Positions 11,036-20,046 of a DNA stretch of 64,000 nucleotides are shown in pieces. The stretch lies in the NCBI GenBank assembly GCA_049598495.1, contig JBMYNR010000003.1:33569-97568 (forward strand). The letters run 5' to 3'. Below the pieces are notes generated by a model, which ran no database searches, was not told the DNA's origin, and saw nothing but the letters and a program-made list of their open reading frames with translations. The first letter of the stretch is position 1. Each line of letters opens with the position of its first letter. This DNA comes from Opitutales bacterium. GTDB lineage: Bacteria; Verrucomicrobiota; Verrucomicrobiia; Opitutales; Coraliomargaritaceae. The translations under genes were made by a program, and so were the position numbers.

Positions 11036-12115
11036 ATGGCGATGACCACCTACACCACTTCGATGATCCTTGCTCTTATTTTCGCCGCCGTATTCACGAT
11101 CGGTGTTTCCGCGCTCTGCTCCATTCTTGAGGCGATGATCCTCAGTACAACCACTGCAGAAATAGAGAGCCTGAAGAGGGCATATCCAAGTCGTGGCGAG
11201 AGGCTGGAAAAGTACAAACTGGGACTTGAGGAGACCAGTTCAGCGATTCTAAGTCTCAACACCATCGCCAATACGCTCGGCGCCACCTTTGTCGGTGGCC
11301 TTGCGGTTCAAATCTGGGTCGAGCACGAACACACACTCCTGATCGTATCCACGGTCATGGCAGTCATGATTCTGCTCTTTTCGGAGATCATCCCAAAGAA
11401 CGTCGGCGTCCTCTATCGACCCGCACTACAACCGGTTTTGGTCTTCCCATTGGCCTGGGTCTGCGCACTGATGGCACCCATCTCAAGCGTGGTCGGCCTG
11501 GTTGTCCGGTTAGCCCTCAGGCCCAAAGAAATCGAAACGGGCGGAGACGAGGAAATACGACTGCTCGCCGAAAAAAGCGCCAAGGAAGGCAAACTCTCCT
11601 CGAATGAACGGGACATGATCAATAACGCGCTTATACTCGATGAACTGCTAGTGAACGAAATCATGACTCCTCGCACCGTTGTCTTCGCCATCGACTGCGA
11701 ACTGAGCATCGATGAGCTACTGAACGAGACGACGGATCTTCCATTTGCACGAATCCCCGTCTTCAAAGAGCAGACCGACAACATCACTGGGATCGTCCGG
11801 CGCCGCGATATTCTCTCGGCAAAAGCCGAAGGAAAAAGCATGCTAAAAATAAGCAAGCTCGCAAGTGAGCCCATCTTCATACCGGACAATGCAGCCGCAT
11901 CGGATGCATTGCAGACCTTCTTAAAGAGCCATCAGCAACTCGCCATCGCGGTCGACGAATTCGGCACCTTATCCGGTGTCATTACAATGGAAGATGTCAT
12001 TGAACACATCATTGGGCAGGAGATATTCGAGCATGATGATCCTGCGGTCGATATGCGAGAGCTCGCTCGGCAAAGACAATATGCGGAAAAACGACGACAG
12101 CGCCGTGAAAACTGA
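11036..12115 (+). CDS. CNNM/CorC-like (DUF21 + CBS pair) membrane protein
   Basis: SALCSILEA, ILSLNTIANT.G, SEIIPK, IMTPRTV, VDEFG..SGVITMEDVIE. Start may be slightly downstream. Confidence 0.88.
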   Translation: MAMTTYTTSMILALIFAAVFTIGVSALCSILEAMILSTTTAEIESLKRAYPSRGERLEKYKLGLEETSSAILSLNTIANTLGATFVGGLAVQIWVEHEHTLLIVSTVMAVMILLFSEIIPKNVGVLYRPALQPVLVFPLAWVCALMAPISSVVGLVVRLALRPKEIETGGDEEIRLLAEKSAKEGKLSSNERDMINNALILDELLVNEIMTPRTVVFAIDCELSIDELLNETTDLPFARIPVFKEQTDNITGIVRRRDILSAKAEGKSMLKISKLASEPIFIPDNAAASDALQTFLKSHQQLAIAVDEFGTLSGVITMEDVIEHIIGQEIFEHDDPAVDMRELARQRQYAEKRRQRREN

Positions 12116-12118
12116 GGA

Positions 12119-14437
12119 TCATTCCTGCGGGTAGACGATAATCCTATCGTGTATCAGGAAAGCGAAATCAAGACGTCCGTCGCCATTCAAATCGGCCACG
12201 ACAGCTTCCCGGGGCTCGAGTTTAGCCCCAGTTCTACCTTGGTAATGCATATTTTGCTCGAAGACCTCCCAATACATGACGCTCGACCATTGATCAGGAG
12301 CACGGGCAAGAAGCTCCACGACGTGCTCGTTGCCATCAACCGCGACAAGATCGACGCTGCCATCGGATTCGAAATCGCCGGCCTGCACAAAACTATAGTA
12401 AATATCTTCAAGCTGGGTTTCGAAAGTATCCGATACATTGAGTTCCCAACTGTCTGCATGCGGCGCAAAATACCAAAACCGATCCTCACCCCAAAGAACG
12501 TAGGCATCGTCGAAAGCTTTTCTTCCCTCGAACTTCAGCCAGCCCTCGAGGCCAATCGAACCGACCTTATCCGCGTTTCGGTAACGAAGAACCCCATCCT
12601 CGTCGCGTAGCAGAAACTGAAGCTCCCCCTCATCGGGAATATAAAGCACCAGACCTTCCAGGTCCTCACCCTGGACCCAGGGAACGACTGAGCCGATCCG
12701 ATCCTCACTACGGCGCGCGTTAAATTGGTCCACCATCTCCAAGCGCCCCCCTTCGAAACGGATCGCACGCGCGAAGCCCGTCCTCGCGGCGACAAGCTCC
12801 CGGAAACCATCTCCATCGACATCGATTTCGGAAATTTGAGCAGGCTCAATCTCCTTCAAAAGACTTTCTCGGATACTGGAGTGCACAGCGACCATCTCCA
12901 GATCATACGCAGCGCCATCCTCTTTGGGCGCAAGGAGAACAGGTGCTTCGCGAGGAACGAAGATCATCAATCCAGGCCCCCTTTGACCAAAGACCTCAAG
13001 CGAACGAATGGCATCCGGCTTGCGCCTTACTCCTTCGAGATCGAGTTGCAGTCGAACCTGCCATTCCGAGCTAAGCTTGCTTCGCTCGGCAGGCTGAGCA
13101 ATAATAAGCTGCATTCCACTCTCCCCACTCTGGACCAGCGCCAATTCATCAAATCCATCTTTATCCAAATCAACAGCCGCGCAGGCAAGTGGATCTCCTT
13201 CACCAACCTGAATGAGTCGGGGGAAGGAAACTCGGCCGTTGGAATCGAAACGACTCACACCAAGTGTTTTTTCTTCACGACTCAAGGCTACGATCACCTC
13301 GCTACGCGATCCAAAGAAGCGTCCGCCCGCCAGTGATGAAATCGAAGAAAATGTCGGGAAGGTCTTAGAGGCATCGAAGCGCCCGCTTTCTTTTATGAAG
13401 ACAATTAACTCGGAGTTGGCTGGGTTAGCGATTTGCAAATCACGCTCGCCATCACCGTTCAAATCGGCAAAGCCGTAACGCGCGCCCTCCCTCAGTTTTT
13501 TAAAGAGTGGATAAACCTGAGGCTGCACACCTTCAAGCGGCAACTCACCATGCGCCTCCTTGACAGAATCTATCTCCAGGAATTCAAGCGCTCCACTGCG
13601 TGAATCCACTGTGGAAAATTGGACCGGTTCACCTCGACCGCAGGGGATAGGCAGATACATCCTTACGGGACGTTCCAAAACGAAACGACGCTCCGCACCA
13701 AAGCCACCCTTCGCCAACTGCTCACGCATTACAAGTGACTGCTTTCCTTCGGTCGTAACATAACAAAGCTCGGACAAGCCGTCTCCGGTTACGTCGACGA
13801 TCTCTAAGTTAAATGGGGTTTCACCTGTCAGGTAATAGACCTCGGGCTCAGTCAGACGGCCAGCACCATCCTGCGAAAAAACACGTGCCGCATCACCTGA
13901 GAGTAGCACCACCTCCGCCTGTTCGTCTCCATTTAAATCGCGAATCTCCAGAGTGCCTTGCCAACCGAGTGCATCGAAGCCGTCAAATTCCTGAGTCTCG
14001 GTCCACCCACCATTTTCACCCTGAAAACGGATCGTCAACGGGACATCTCGGGAGGAATAAGCAAGATCCGCACGACCATCCGCATTCAAATCTCCAAGCG
14101 CGAGATCGAACATCTGAAAACCGATAGTGACCTTCTCGGAAATGAAGTTGGCGTCATGAAGGACAGGTTCCCAACGGTCGCGCTGGAGGCTCCGTTTGAT
14201 ATCCGTGGGAGCTTCCTCCCGATCATACTGGTAGAGCAGTTCGATTTGCGCTGTGTCGTTATTGATGACCGCCAGATCCTGAAGGCCGTCCATATTGATA
14301 TCCGCGACCTCAAGTGAGCGCGTCGACCAGTCAAGCTTCAACACCTGAGGCTCGCCGAATGAGAAATCCGCCTTCGTTTCTGCAGTCAGTAGGCCCGCTA
14401 GCAAAAGGCCGCCAGTAACCAGTGCCCGCTGAATCAT
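12119..14437 (-). CDS. Secreted FG-GAP/VCBS repeat (beta-propeller) protein
   Basis: Signal-peptide-like N-terminus and many Ca-binding DxNxDGxxD repeats (DINMDGLQD, DLNADGRAD, DVTGDGLSE, DLNGDGERD, DLDKDGFDE, DVDGDGFRE, DLNGDGRLD). Confidence 0.85.
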   Translation of the reverse strand: MIQRALVTGGLLLAGLLTAETKADFSFGEPQVLKLDWSTRSLEVADINMDGLQDLAVINNDTAQIELLYQYDREEAPTDIKRSLQRDRWEPVLHDANFISEKVTIGFQMFDLALGDLNADGRADLAYSSRDVPLTIRFQGENGGWTETQEFDGFDALGWQGTLEIRDLNGDEQAEVVLLSGDAARVFSQDGAGRLTEPEVYYLTGETPFNLEIVDVTGDGLSELCYVTTEGKQSLVMREQLAKGGFGAERRFVLERPVRMYLPIPCGRGEPVQFSTVDSRSGALEFLEIDSVKEAHGELPLEGVQPQVYPLFKKLREGARYGFADLNGDGERDLQIANPANSELIVFIKESGRFDASKTFPTFSSISSLAGGRFFGSRSEVIVALSREEKTLGVSRFDSNGRVSFPRLIQVGEGDPLACAAVDLDKDGFDELALVQSGESGMQLIIAQPAERSKLSSEWQVRLQLDLEGVRRKPDAIRSLEVFGQRGPGLMIFVPREAPVLLAPKEDGAAYDLEMVAVHSSIRESLLKEIEPAQISEIDVDGDGFRELVAARTGFARAIRFEGGRLEMVDQFNARRSEDRIGSVVPWVQGEDLEGLVLYIPDEGELQFLLRDEDGVLRYRNADKVGSIGLEGWLKFEGRKAFDDAYVLWGEDRFWYFAPHADSWELNVSDTFETQLEDIYYSFVQAGDFESDGSVDLVAVDGNEHVVELLARAPDQWSSVMYWEVFEQNMHYQGRTGAKLEPREAVVADLNGDGRLDFAFLIHDRIIVYPQE

Positions 14438-16227
14438 TGAGCAAGCTCCTTCTTCTCAATAATGAGTGTGCGGCTGAAGAATCCATCCTCATCCTCATTT
14501 ATTTCAGTGATCGCGTGAAAGGGTATGTGCCAATCCCGAGGAAGCTTCGCACCATCAAACAAAGCGCCCTCGCCCGCCAACTGCCCTGCCTGAACAATCG
14601 AATCGAGCATAGGAACGACCAATTGTTCAAGATCCGCATAGGAGCGTGAAACTGAACGATCCATCGATATTCTCTCGAAAAGTTTCTCCGTTTTTTCACT
14701 CTGCCAAAAACCATCCTCCCCACTTTCGATTCGCGTCAACACGTTTTGCAGGAGGCCGATCTCTCCAAAGTTAAGAATAAAGTGCGAACGCGTGATCACG
14801 TAGCTAACATCCTGGGTTTTCGTCTCAGGCATACTCTGGTCAGACACACCTTTAACAGTATGCACAAGCTCACCTGCGAACTCCTGAATCTCGATCATCT
14901 CACGCATCCCCGGAACCATGTCGATCCATGCTTCAAACGCCCCAGATAGAGCTTCGGCATCACGAAGCTCTACCAGAATCACCTGCTCAGGCTCCATAAT
15001 CACAGTCGCCCCATCTCTTTCCGAAATAGAGGAAAGGGAGACAAAATTACCGCCGAAATTTTCAAGAATCGCAGTGCGCAGATCGACACCCGTCTGCGTT
15101 TTCACATTCTGCAGCTGAATGTCGAGAAGTGACGGTAATGTTGGACTCGCATCTCCCAGAAGTGACTCAAATTGTGCAAACATCTCCCCGAGATCAAAAT
15201 TAGTTACCGAGGTGGAGAATACAGTCTCCGGGACATATCGGGCATCCGGTAGCGGGCCATTGCCGTAAGTCATAAGACTCGCGACTCCCGTCTTCTCTCG
15301 ATAGATAAGACCACTGTGTGTGTTCATCCCCTCTTCGATGAGGTCGAAATCAAAATACATAGCCTGAAGGCTCTCGAGCGAAAGGGCTCTATCAAGACTC
15401 GCACCACTCAGTCCAAACATGGCGACACCCCCATTCATCGCGTTCGTAAGCATGGCCTGGTTCAAGGGCGGCAGGATCGCCTCCAAATTAAAGTAGAGGG
15501 AGAGATCGCCTCGTCCGCCGCACTCCTGTGAGCGAAGGAAGATCTCGTTGTTCGAAAGAGCTGCCTCCGGTTCGTCTTTGATCGCTTCAACCACGGCCCG
15601 GAGCGTTGCCTCAGGGGTTGCCAACACAAAGATATTGCCCACGAGCGCATAGCCATCCTCGATGTAGGTTTCCACACCATCAAAAGTCTCGTCCAGGTAA
15701 AGCGTCTCACCCATAAAGGACTCCTCGATCATCGTGTGCTCAATATCCGGATTTTCCTTCTTCTGCTCAGTCGCATTCCGCTCAAATTGGACCTGCCACA
15801 AAGCGGCCAAACGCTCCGCATCACCATTGTATTCCGCCATAATAAGGAGCTCGGGGCGCTCCATCTCACCGAGCAACACCTCCGGTAAATTGTAGAGTGC
15901 TACACAAAACTCACCCGGAAAGAGTTCGAACAATTCATCCCAGGTCAGACCAAATTCATTTTCCATGACTTGAGTGAAACTCTCGTCCTGACCCTCCATA
16001 GCCGACTCAATCATCGGCGCAAAGAAAGCCTGCACTTCCGGATCATTAAACAATTTGGCGAAGGGGTGCCCCGACCACGACTCTCGTGATTCGGCCAAGC
16101 TCCGAAAGGAGAGAAGGATATCGACATCCTCCTCAAAAATGGAATGGAACGGCAACGACCAGGCTGAAGTCGTTAGTAGACACGCGGCAGCGAGAGAGCT
16201 CAAGCAGTGTTTCATGTTGTCGTGCAA
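14434..16227 (-). CDS. Exported acidic protein of unknown function (DUF3352-like architecture)
   Basis: 597-aa ORF with a signal peptide (MKHCLSSLAAACLLTTSAWS). Its stop overlaps the FG-GAP start (ATGA). The family label is by resemblance only. Confidence 0.7.
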   Translation of the reverse strand: MHDNMKHCLSSLAAACLLTTSAWSLPFHSIFEEDVDILLSFRSLAESRESWSGHPFAKLFNDPEVQAFFAPMIESAMEGQDESFTQVMENEFGLTWDELFELFPGEFCVALYNLPEVLLGEMERPELLIMAEYNGDAERLAALWQVQFERNATEQKKENPDIEHTMIEESFMGETLYLDETFDGVETYIEDGYALVGNIFVLATPEATLRAVVEAIKDEPEAALSNNEIFLRSQECGGRGDLSLYFNLEAILPPLNQAMLTNAMNGGVAMFGLSGASLDRALSLESLQAMYFDFDLIEEGMNTHSGLIYREKTGVASLMTYGNGPLPDARYVPETVFSTSVTNFDLGEMFAQFESLLGDASPTLPSLLDIQLQNVKTQTGVDLRTAILENFGGNFVSLSSISERDGATVIMEPEQVILVELRDAEALSGAFEAWIDMVPGMREMIEIQEFAGELVHTVKGVSDQSMPETKTQDVSYVITRSHFILNFGEIGLLQNVLTRIESGEDGFWQSEKTEKLFERISMDRSVSRSYADLEQLVVPMLDSIVQAGQLAGEGALFDGAKLPRDWHIPFHAITEINEDEDGFFSRTLIIEKKELAQ

Positions 16228-16231
16228 AAAG

Positions 16232-17164
16232 TTATTTCGTCTTCGGCGGACTTAGGTAGCGAAAGCCTGCATTCGGGTTTCTGGGGTCGAATGCATATGC
16301 ATCACGGTTATCGATAAAGGACTTCAGAGTATTGGATGAGATCGAAAAACCAAGACCCTCGGCCCCGACCGCAGAGATCTTCATATTGTTCACACCGACG
16401 ACCTCCCCCTTCAGATTAAAAAGCGGGCCGCCTGAATTGCCCGGATTGATCTGTGTCGTGGTCTGTAGATAGAGACGTCCGTTGATAACACGATTTGCCA
16501 CACTGATGATCCCCTCCGAGACGGTGCGGTCGAGTCCGAGTGGACTACCAATAGCAAACACGGTTTGCCCCTCGCGGAGTCCTCCATCCACCGCTGCCAG
16601 TGGCACGGATACAAACGGACCCGCATCCTCTGCTTGGATCTTGAGAAGCGCCAAATCGAGTTCTGCACTCGTCGCGACGATACGTACGTTGTCGTAGGTC
16701 ACTTTCGTCAACTCGTTCTTACCTTCTTCAAAAATAGTCACAGCAATCCGATGCTCACCCGCAATGACGTGGTCATTGGTCACAATATAGCCATCTTCAT
16801 GGATAACGAATCCTGAACCCAAGCCCGTCGGTGTTTGCACGAGAGCCACAGCCTCGCCAAGCTCGTCGACCCAGTCCCGAATGGTATGATCGTCCCGATC
16901 CGCCGACACCTCATACAAGGTCGTGTCTGCATTTTTCGAATCAGGGAACTCGCCCGTCTCCTCATCACGCTTCTGCATAGAGGCAATCGAACTGGTTGGT
17001 ATCTCGATCACATCATAACCAAGATCGACATACACGGAATCGGCCCGCTCCAAAACAACCCCACCCCGAACAGCACTGCCGTTCTTTAACTCAATCGAGT
17101 GAAATGCACTGAGAGCCCCGCACAAAGGCAGGCTGGCCAGCAAAACTCCGGGCAACAAACGCAT
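16232..17164 (-). CDS. Exported trypsin-like (S1C/HtrA-type) serine protease without PDZ domain
   Basis: GSGFVI...TNDHV (His), DLALLK (Asp), INPGNSGGPL (Ser); signal peptide; protein ends shortly after the protease domain. Confidence 0.9.
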   Translation of the reverse strand: MRLLPGVLLASLPLCGALSAFHSIELKNGSAVRGGVVLERADSVYVDLGYDVIEIPTSSIASMQKRDEETGEFPDSKNADTTLYEVSADRDDHTIRDWVDELGEAVALVQTPTGLGSGFVIHEDGYIVTNDHVIAGEHRIAVTIFEEGKNELTKVTYDNVRIVATSAELDLALLKIQAEDAGPFVSVPLAAVDGGLREGQTVFAIGSPLGLDRTVSEGIISVANRVINGRLYLQTTTQINPGNSGGPLFNLKGEVVGVNNMKISAVGAEGLGFSISSNTLKSFIDNRDAYAFDPRNPNAGFRYLSPPKTK

Positions 17165-17226
17165 AAGTGCGGATGCAAAGCCAAAAAGCCGCCGTAGGCC
17201 AACAAATTCTGTAATTCAAGAGTTCA

Positions 17227-17481
17227 TCAAGACCGCTCAATGTGGGAAAGCTCCTCGTAGAGCGAAGCCCACTCGGAAGACAAGCTGCTCGTGCAAACAG
17301 GACGCGCGGCACGGTTATACCAATATTCAGCATTCCACTCGTCGCCTTCGACCCGATGCAGATAAGCATGTAACCAAGCAGCCTCAGGTGTCACCATATC
17401 CTGAATCAACTCATGCGCCTGCTTCCAATCGCCGGCATGCTCAGCCTCCAAGGCGCGAAGATATACATTTTTTTCGGGCAT
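17227..17481 (-). CDS. Small conserved hypothetical protein (W.HAYLHR.EGD..NA.YWY.RA family)
   Basis: 84-aa ORF, 2 nt downstream of the IMPase-like gene, with a motif I recognise from a widespread uncharacterised family. Confidence 0.7.
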   Translation of the reverse strand: MPEKNVYLRALEAEHAGDWKQAHELIQDMVTPEAAWLHAYLHRVEGDEWNAEYWYNRAARPVCTSSLSSEWASLYEELSHIERS

Positions 17482-17483
17482 AG

Positions 17484-18503
17484 TTAATAAAAGTGTCGCT
17501 GAATCAATTCACGGATGATCGGGCGCATGGCATCAGCCAAGCTGAGGTTCGCATAGGCAACCCAACTCACTGGCGACGTCGTATCCAATGGGCAATCCAA
17601 TCGTCCACCCTCGGGCTTCTCCAAAACACAACCAGCTTCCTCGAGAATCAAAGCCGTGGCCACATCGTAAGGGTGACAGGATAGACTGCTCTTGATGCCG
17701 AGTTTCCGAAAGGCCTCAGGGCGAAGGTCTGCAATAAATCGGTCGTGCCCCTGAAGAATTTCGTAAAACTGTCCGCCGGTAGAGATATACTGGTCATTAA
17801 AAACCAGCGGAGAGGCGGCGACTGTTTCCGCTTTGCCATAGAGCGATTCCCAAAGTGCTTCTTCAAAGTGGCTCAGGGCTGTCAGCCCTGCGGGGAAGAA
17901 ACGAGACACGGTCCCAAAGGCATGACATACATCAACCGCCTGACTCGGAGCCAACTGCACTGGCGTTTCAGCAAAGCCGCCGCGCACATCAAGCGCCACG
18001 GCCTGCACACCCTCACCCCGGATCGCAAACACCTGATCCGCACGCCACTGCCGCGTGGTCGGAAGCTCCGTCATCACCGCAATCTCGATGTCGGTAAGAC
18101 GGTTCGCGGAACCACCCTGGAGTGCCACTCCAGCCAGTATCCATGCTGGTCGCTTATCATACATGATGCCACGGGTCCCATCGATTGGATCGAGGATACA
18201 CTTCAATTCTGTCCCATCGGCCGGAGTCCCGCGGGGAAAGGTCATCACCTCGCCTTCTCCGAGACCCTCCATGACAATCTCGATGGGTCGATTCGCAGGC
18301 CAGACCTGCTCGAACCACTCAATAATCGTCCGCTCAGCTATGCGATCGATCGCGTAAATGGTATCGGCAGCAGTCTCCCCAGAGATCACGGCCAAGTCGC
18401 CCTGCCTGCATCTTTCGCGCTCCACAAGGACGGCTTTCAAAATCGCTTGCTGTAATTCACAAAACAATCTGCATATCTCATCCTTATCATGCATAGCATC
18501 CAT
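17484..18503 (-). CDS. Inositol monophosphatase/FIG superfamily phosphatase (divergent)
   Basis: D..AE, MEG, DPIDGT and HPYDVA metal-binding motifs. Start taken at ATG 18503. Confidence 0.78.
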   Translation of the reverse strand: MDAMHDKDEICRLFCELQQAILKAVLVERERCRQGDLAVISGETAADTIYAIDRIAERTIIEWFEQVWPANRPIEIVMEGLGEGEVMTFPRGTPADGTELKCILDPIDGTRGIMYDKRPAWILAGVALQGGSANRLTDIEIAVMTELPTTRQWRADQVFAIRGEGVQAVALDVRGGFAETPVQLAPSQAVDVCHAFGTVSRFFPAGLTALSHFEEALWESLYGKAETVAASPLVFNDQYISTGGQFYEILQGHDRFIADLRPEAFRKLGIKSSLSCHPYDVATALILEEAGCVLEKPEGGRLDCPLDTTSPVSWVAYANLSLADAMRPIIRELIQRHFY

Positions 18504-18550
18504 ATTTCGGTCGAAACCTGAGTCTTTAGCAAGGCAATCCAAACGGATAG

Positions 18551-19567
18551 ATGAATTTAACGAACGACACCACCGCCTTTCAAAAAGCACTCGCGGATTG
18601 GTATGCAGACGCACAGCGACCGCTCCCATGGCGGACAGAGCCGGGCCTATACCGAACCGTCGTCTCGGAGCTGATGGCGCAGCAGACCCAAATCAAAACG
18701 ATGCTGCCCTATTTCGAAAAATGGATGCAGCGCTTCCCCGACTTCGAAACACTCGCAGCAGCCTCTCCGGATAATGTGCTTAAACACTGGGAAGGGCTCG
18801 GTTATTACAGCCGGGCACGCAACCTACACAAACTGGCCAAAGAATACATCTCCATGGATCCGAAGCCACGGACCCGAAAGGAGTGGCAGAACCTACCCGG
18901 CATCGGCCCCTACACCTCAGCTGCAATCGCCTCGATTGCATTGGGCGAACCCACCGCGGTCGTAGATGGCAACGTCGTTCGCATTCTCGCCAGACTAACC
19001 GGGGACGATCGCAGGTTTAAAAGTAACAGCGACGCGGTCAAATTTTTCAGTGATCTCGCCGACAAGGTGCTGGCTGTGAGGAATCCGGGCGACCACAACC
19101 AGGCCATGATGGAATTAGGAGCAACGGTTTGCCTAAAACACAAGCCCGCCTGCACCACTTGCCCTGTTGTCGATTTTTGCCAAGGCCACAGAGAACGGAT
19201 ACAGGACGCCATCCCAAGAATTGAACGAAGATCAACGATTAAAGAAGAGATCCGCCGCGCGTGGGTCGTCATGGATGGTGCGATCCTGCTCCAAAGGATC
19301 GCGAATGAATCCGGACAACTGGCAGGACAGTTCGAACTCCCCCTGCTTGAGACCATCGAATCAAAAATAAGGCCCAAACTAATAACCACAAAATCGCGAT
19401 CGATCACCCACCGAAGAATCAAGGAGTTCATCTACGAAGCAAAGGTTGCACCTGGCGAGCACGCCTCTCTAATCTGGGTTAGTATTGAACAATTGGATAC
19501 AATTACACTATCAGGTCCTCATCGACGTTGGATCGGTGATTTACTAAAGGATCAGCCCAATAATTGA
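18551..19567 (+). CDS. mutY: A/G-specific adenine glycosylase
   Basis: LPWR, VSELMAQQT, WEGLGYYSRARN, LPGIGPYT, VVDGNV.R, and Fe-S motif C-x6-C-x2-C-x5-C. Confidence 0.95.
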   Translation: MNLTNDTTAFQKALADWYADAQRPLPWRTEPGLYRTVVSELMAQQTQIKTMLPYFEKWMQRFPDFETLAAASPDNVLKHWEGLGYYSRARNLHKLAKEYISMDPKPRTRKEWQNLPGIGPYTSAAIASIALGEPTAVVDGNVVRILARLTGDDRRFKSNSDAVKFFSDLADKVLAVRNPGDHNQAMMELGATVCLKHKPACTTCPVVDFCQGHRERIQDAIPRIERRSTIKEEIRRAWVVMDGAILLQRIANESGQLAGQFELPLLETIESKIRPKLITTKSRSITHRRIKEFIYEAKVAPGEHASLIWVSIEQLDTITLSGPHRRWIGDLLKDQPNN

Positions 19568-19602
19568 TTGGACTTAAACGGGGCTTTTACCAGCTTCCAA
19601 CC

Positions 19603-20001
19603 ATGCCCAATACATGGACCGAACATGACTTCGAAGTGCGCACCTCCACCATAAAAGGTGCGGGGAATGGCTTGTTCGCCAAATTTGCGATCAAAGAGGG
19701 CGACACGATTGGCTACTATACTGGCGAAATCATCACAGAGAAGGAGTTTCACGACCCGCATCGCCCCTTTTCAGCCTATGTGATGTGGGTCACCCGGAAA
19801 CATATCATCATCGGCGAGGGACCGAAGGCCAACTACACGCGGTATATAAACCATGAGGATGAACCGAACGCCTTTCTAGTCACCTCAACTCGGTGGAAGA
19901 CCGCTCGCTTCGAAGCACTCCGTGATATTGACCCCGGGGAAGAGATTTTTTTCGATTACGGAGAGGACTACTGGGAGGAAGAACCCGAAAACCCTTCGTA
20001 G
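19603..20001 (+). CDS. Stand-alone SET-domain protein (putative lysine methyltransferase)
   Basis: GAGNGLFA, YYTGE, RYINHEDEPN, DIDPGEEIFFDYG; no post-SET cysteines. Confidence 0.88.
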   Translation: MPNTWTEHDFEVRTSTIKGAGNGLFAKFAIKEGDTIGYYTGEIITEKEFHDPHRPFSAYVMWVTRKHIIIGEGPKANYTRYINHEDEPNAFLVTSTRWKTARFEALRDIDPGEEIFFDYGEDYWEEEPENPS

Positions 20002-20046
20002 TTGAATAAGGAGCAAACCTCGTCCACATTGTTTTTTTCAAGAACC

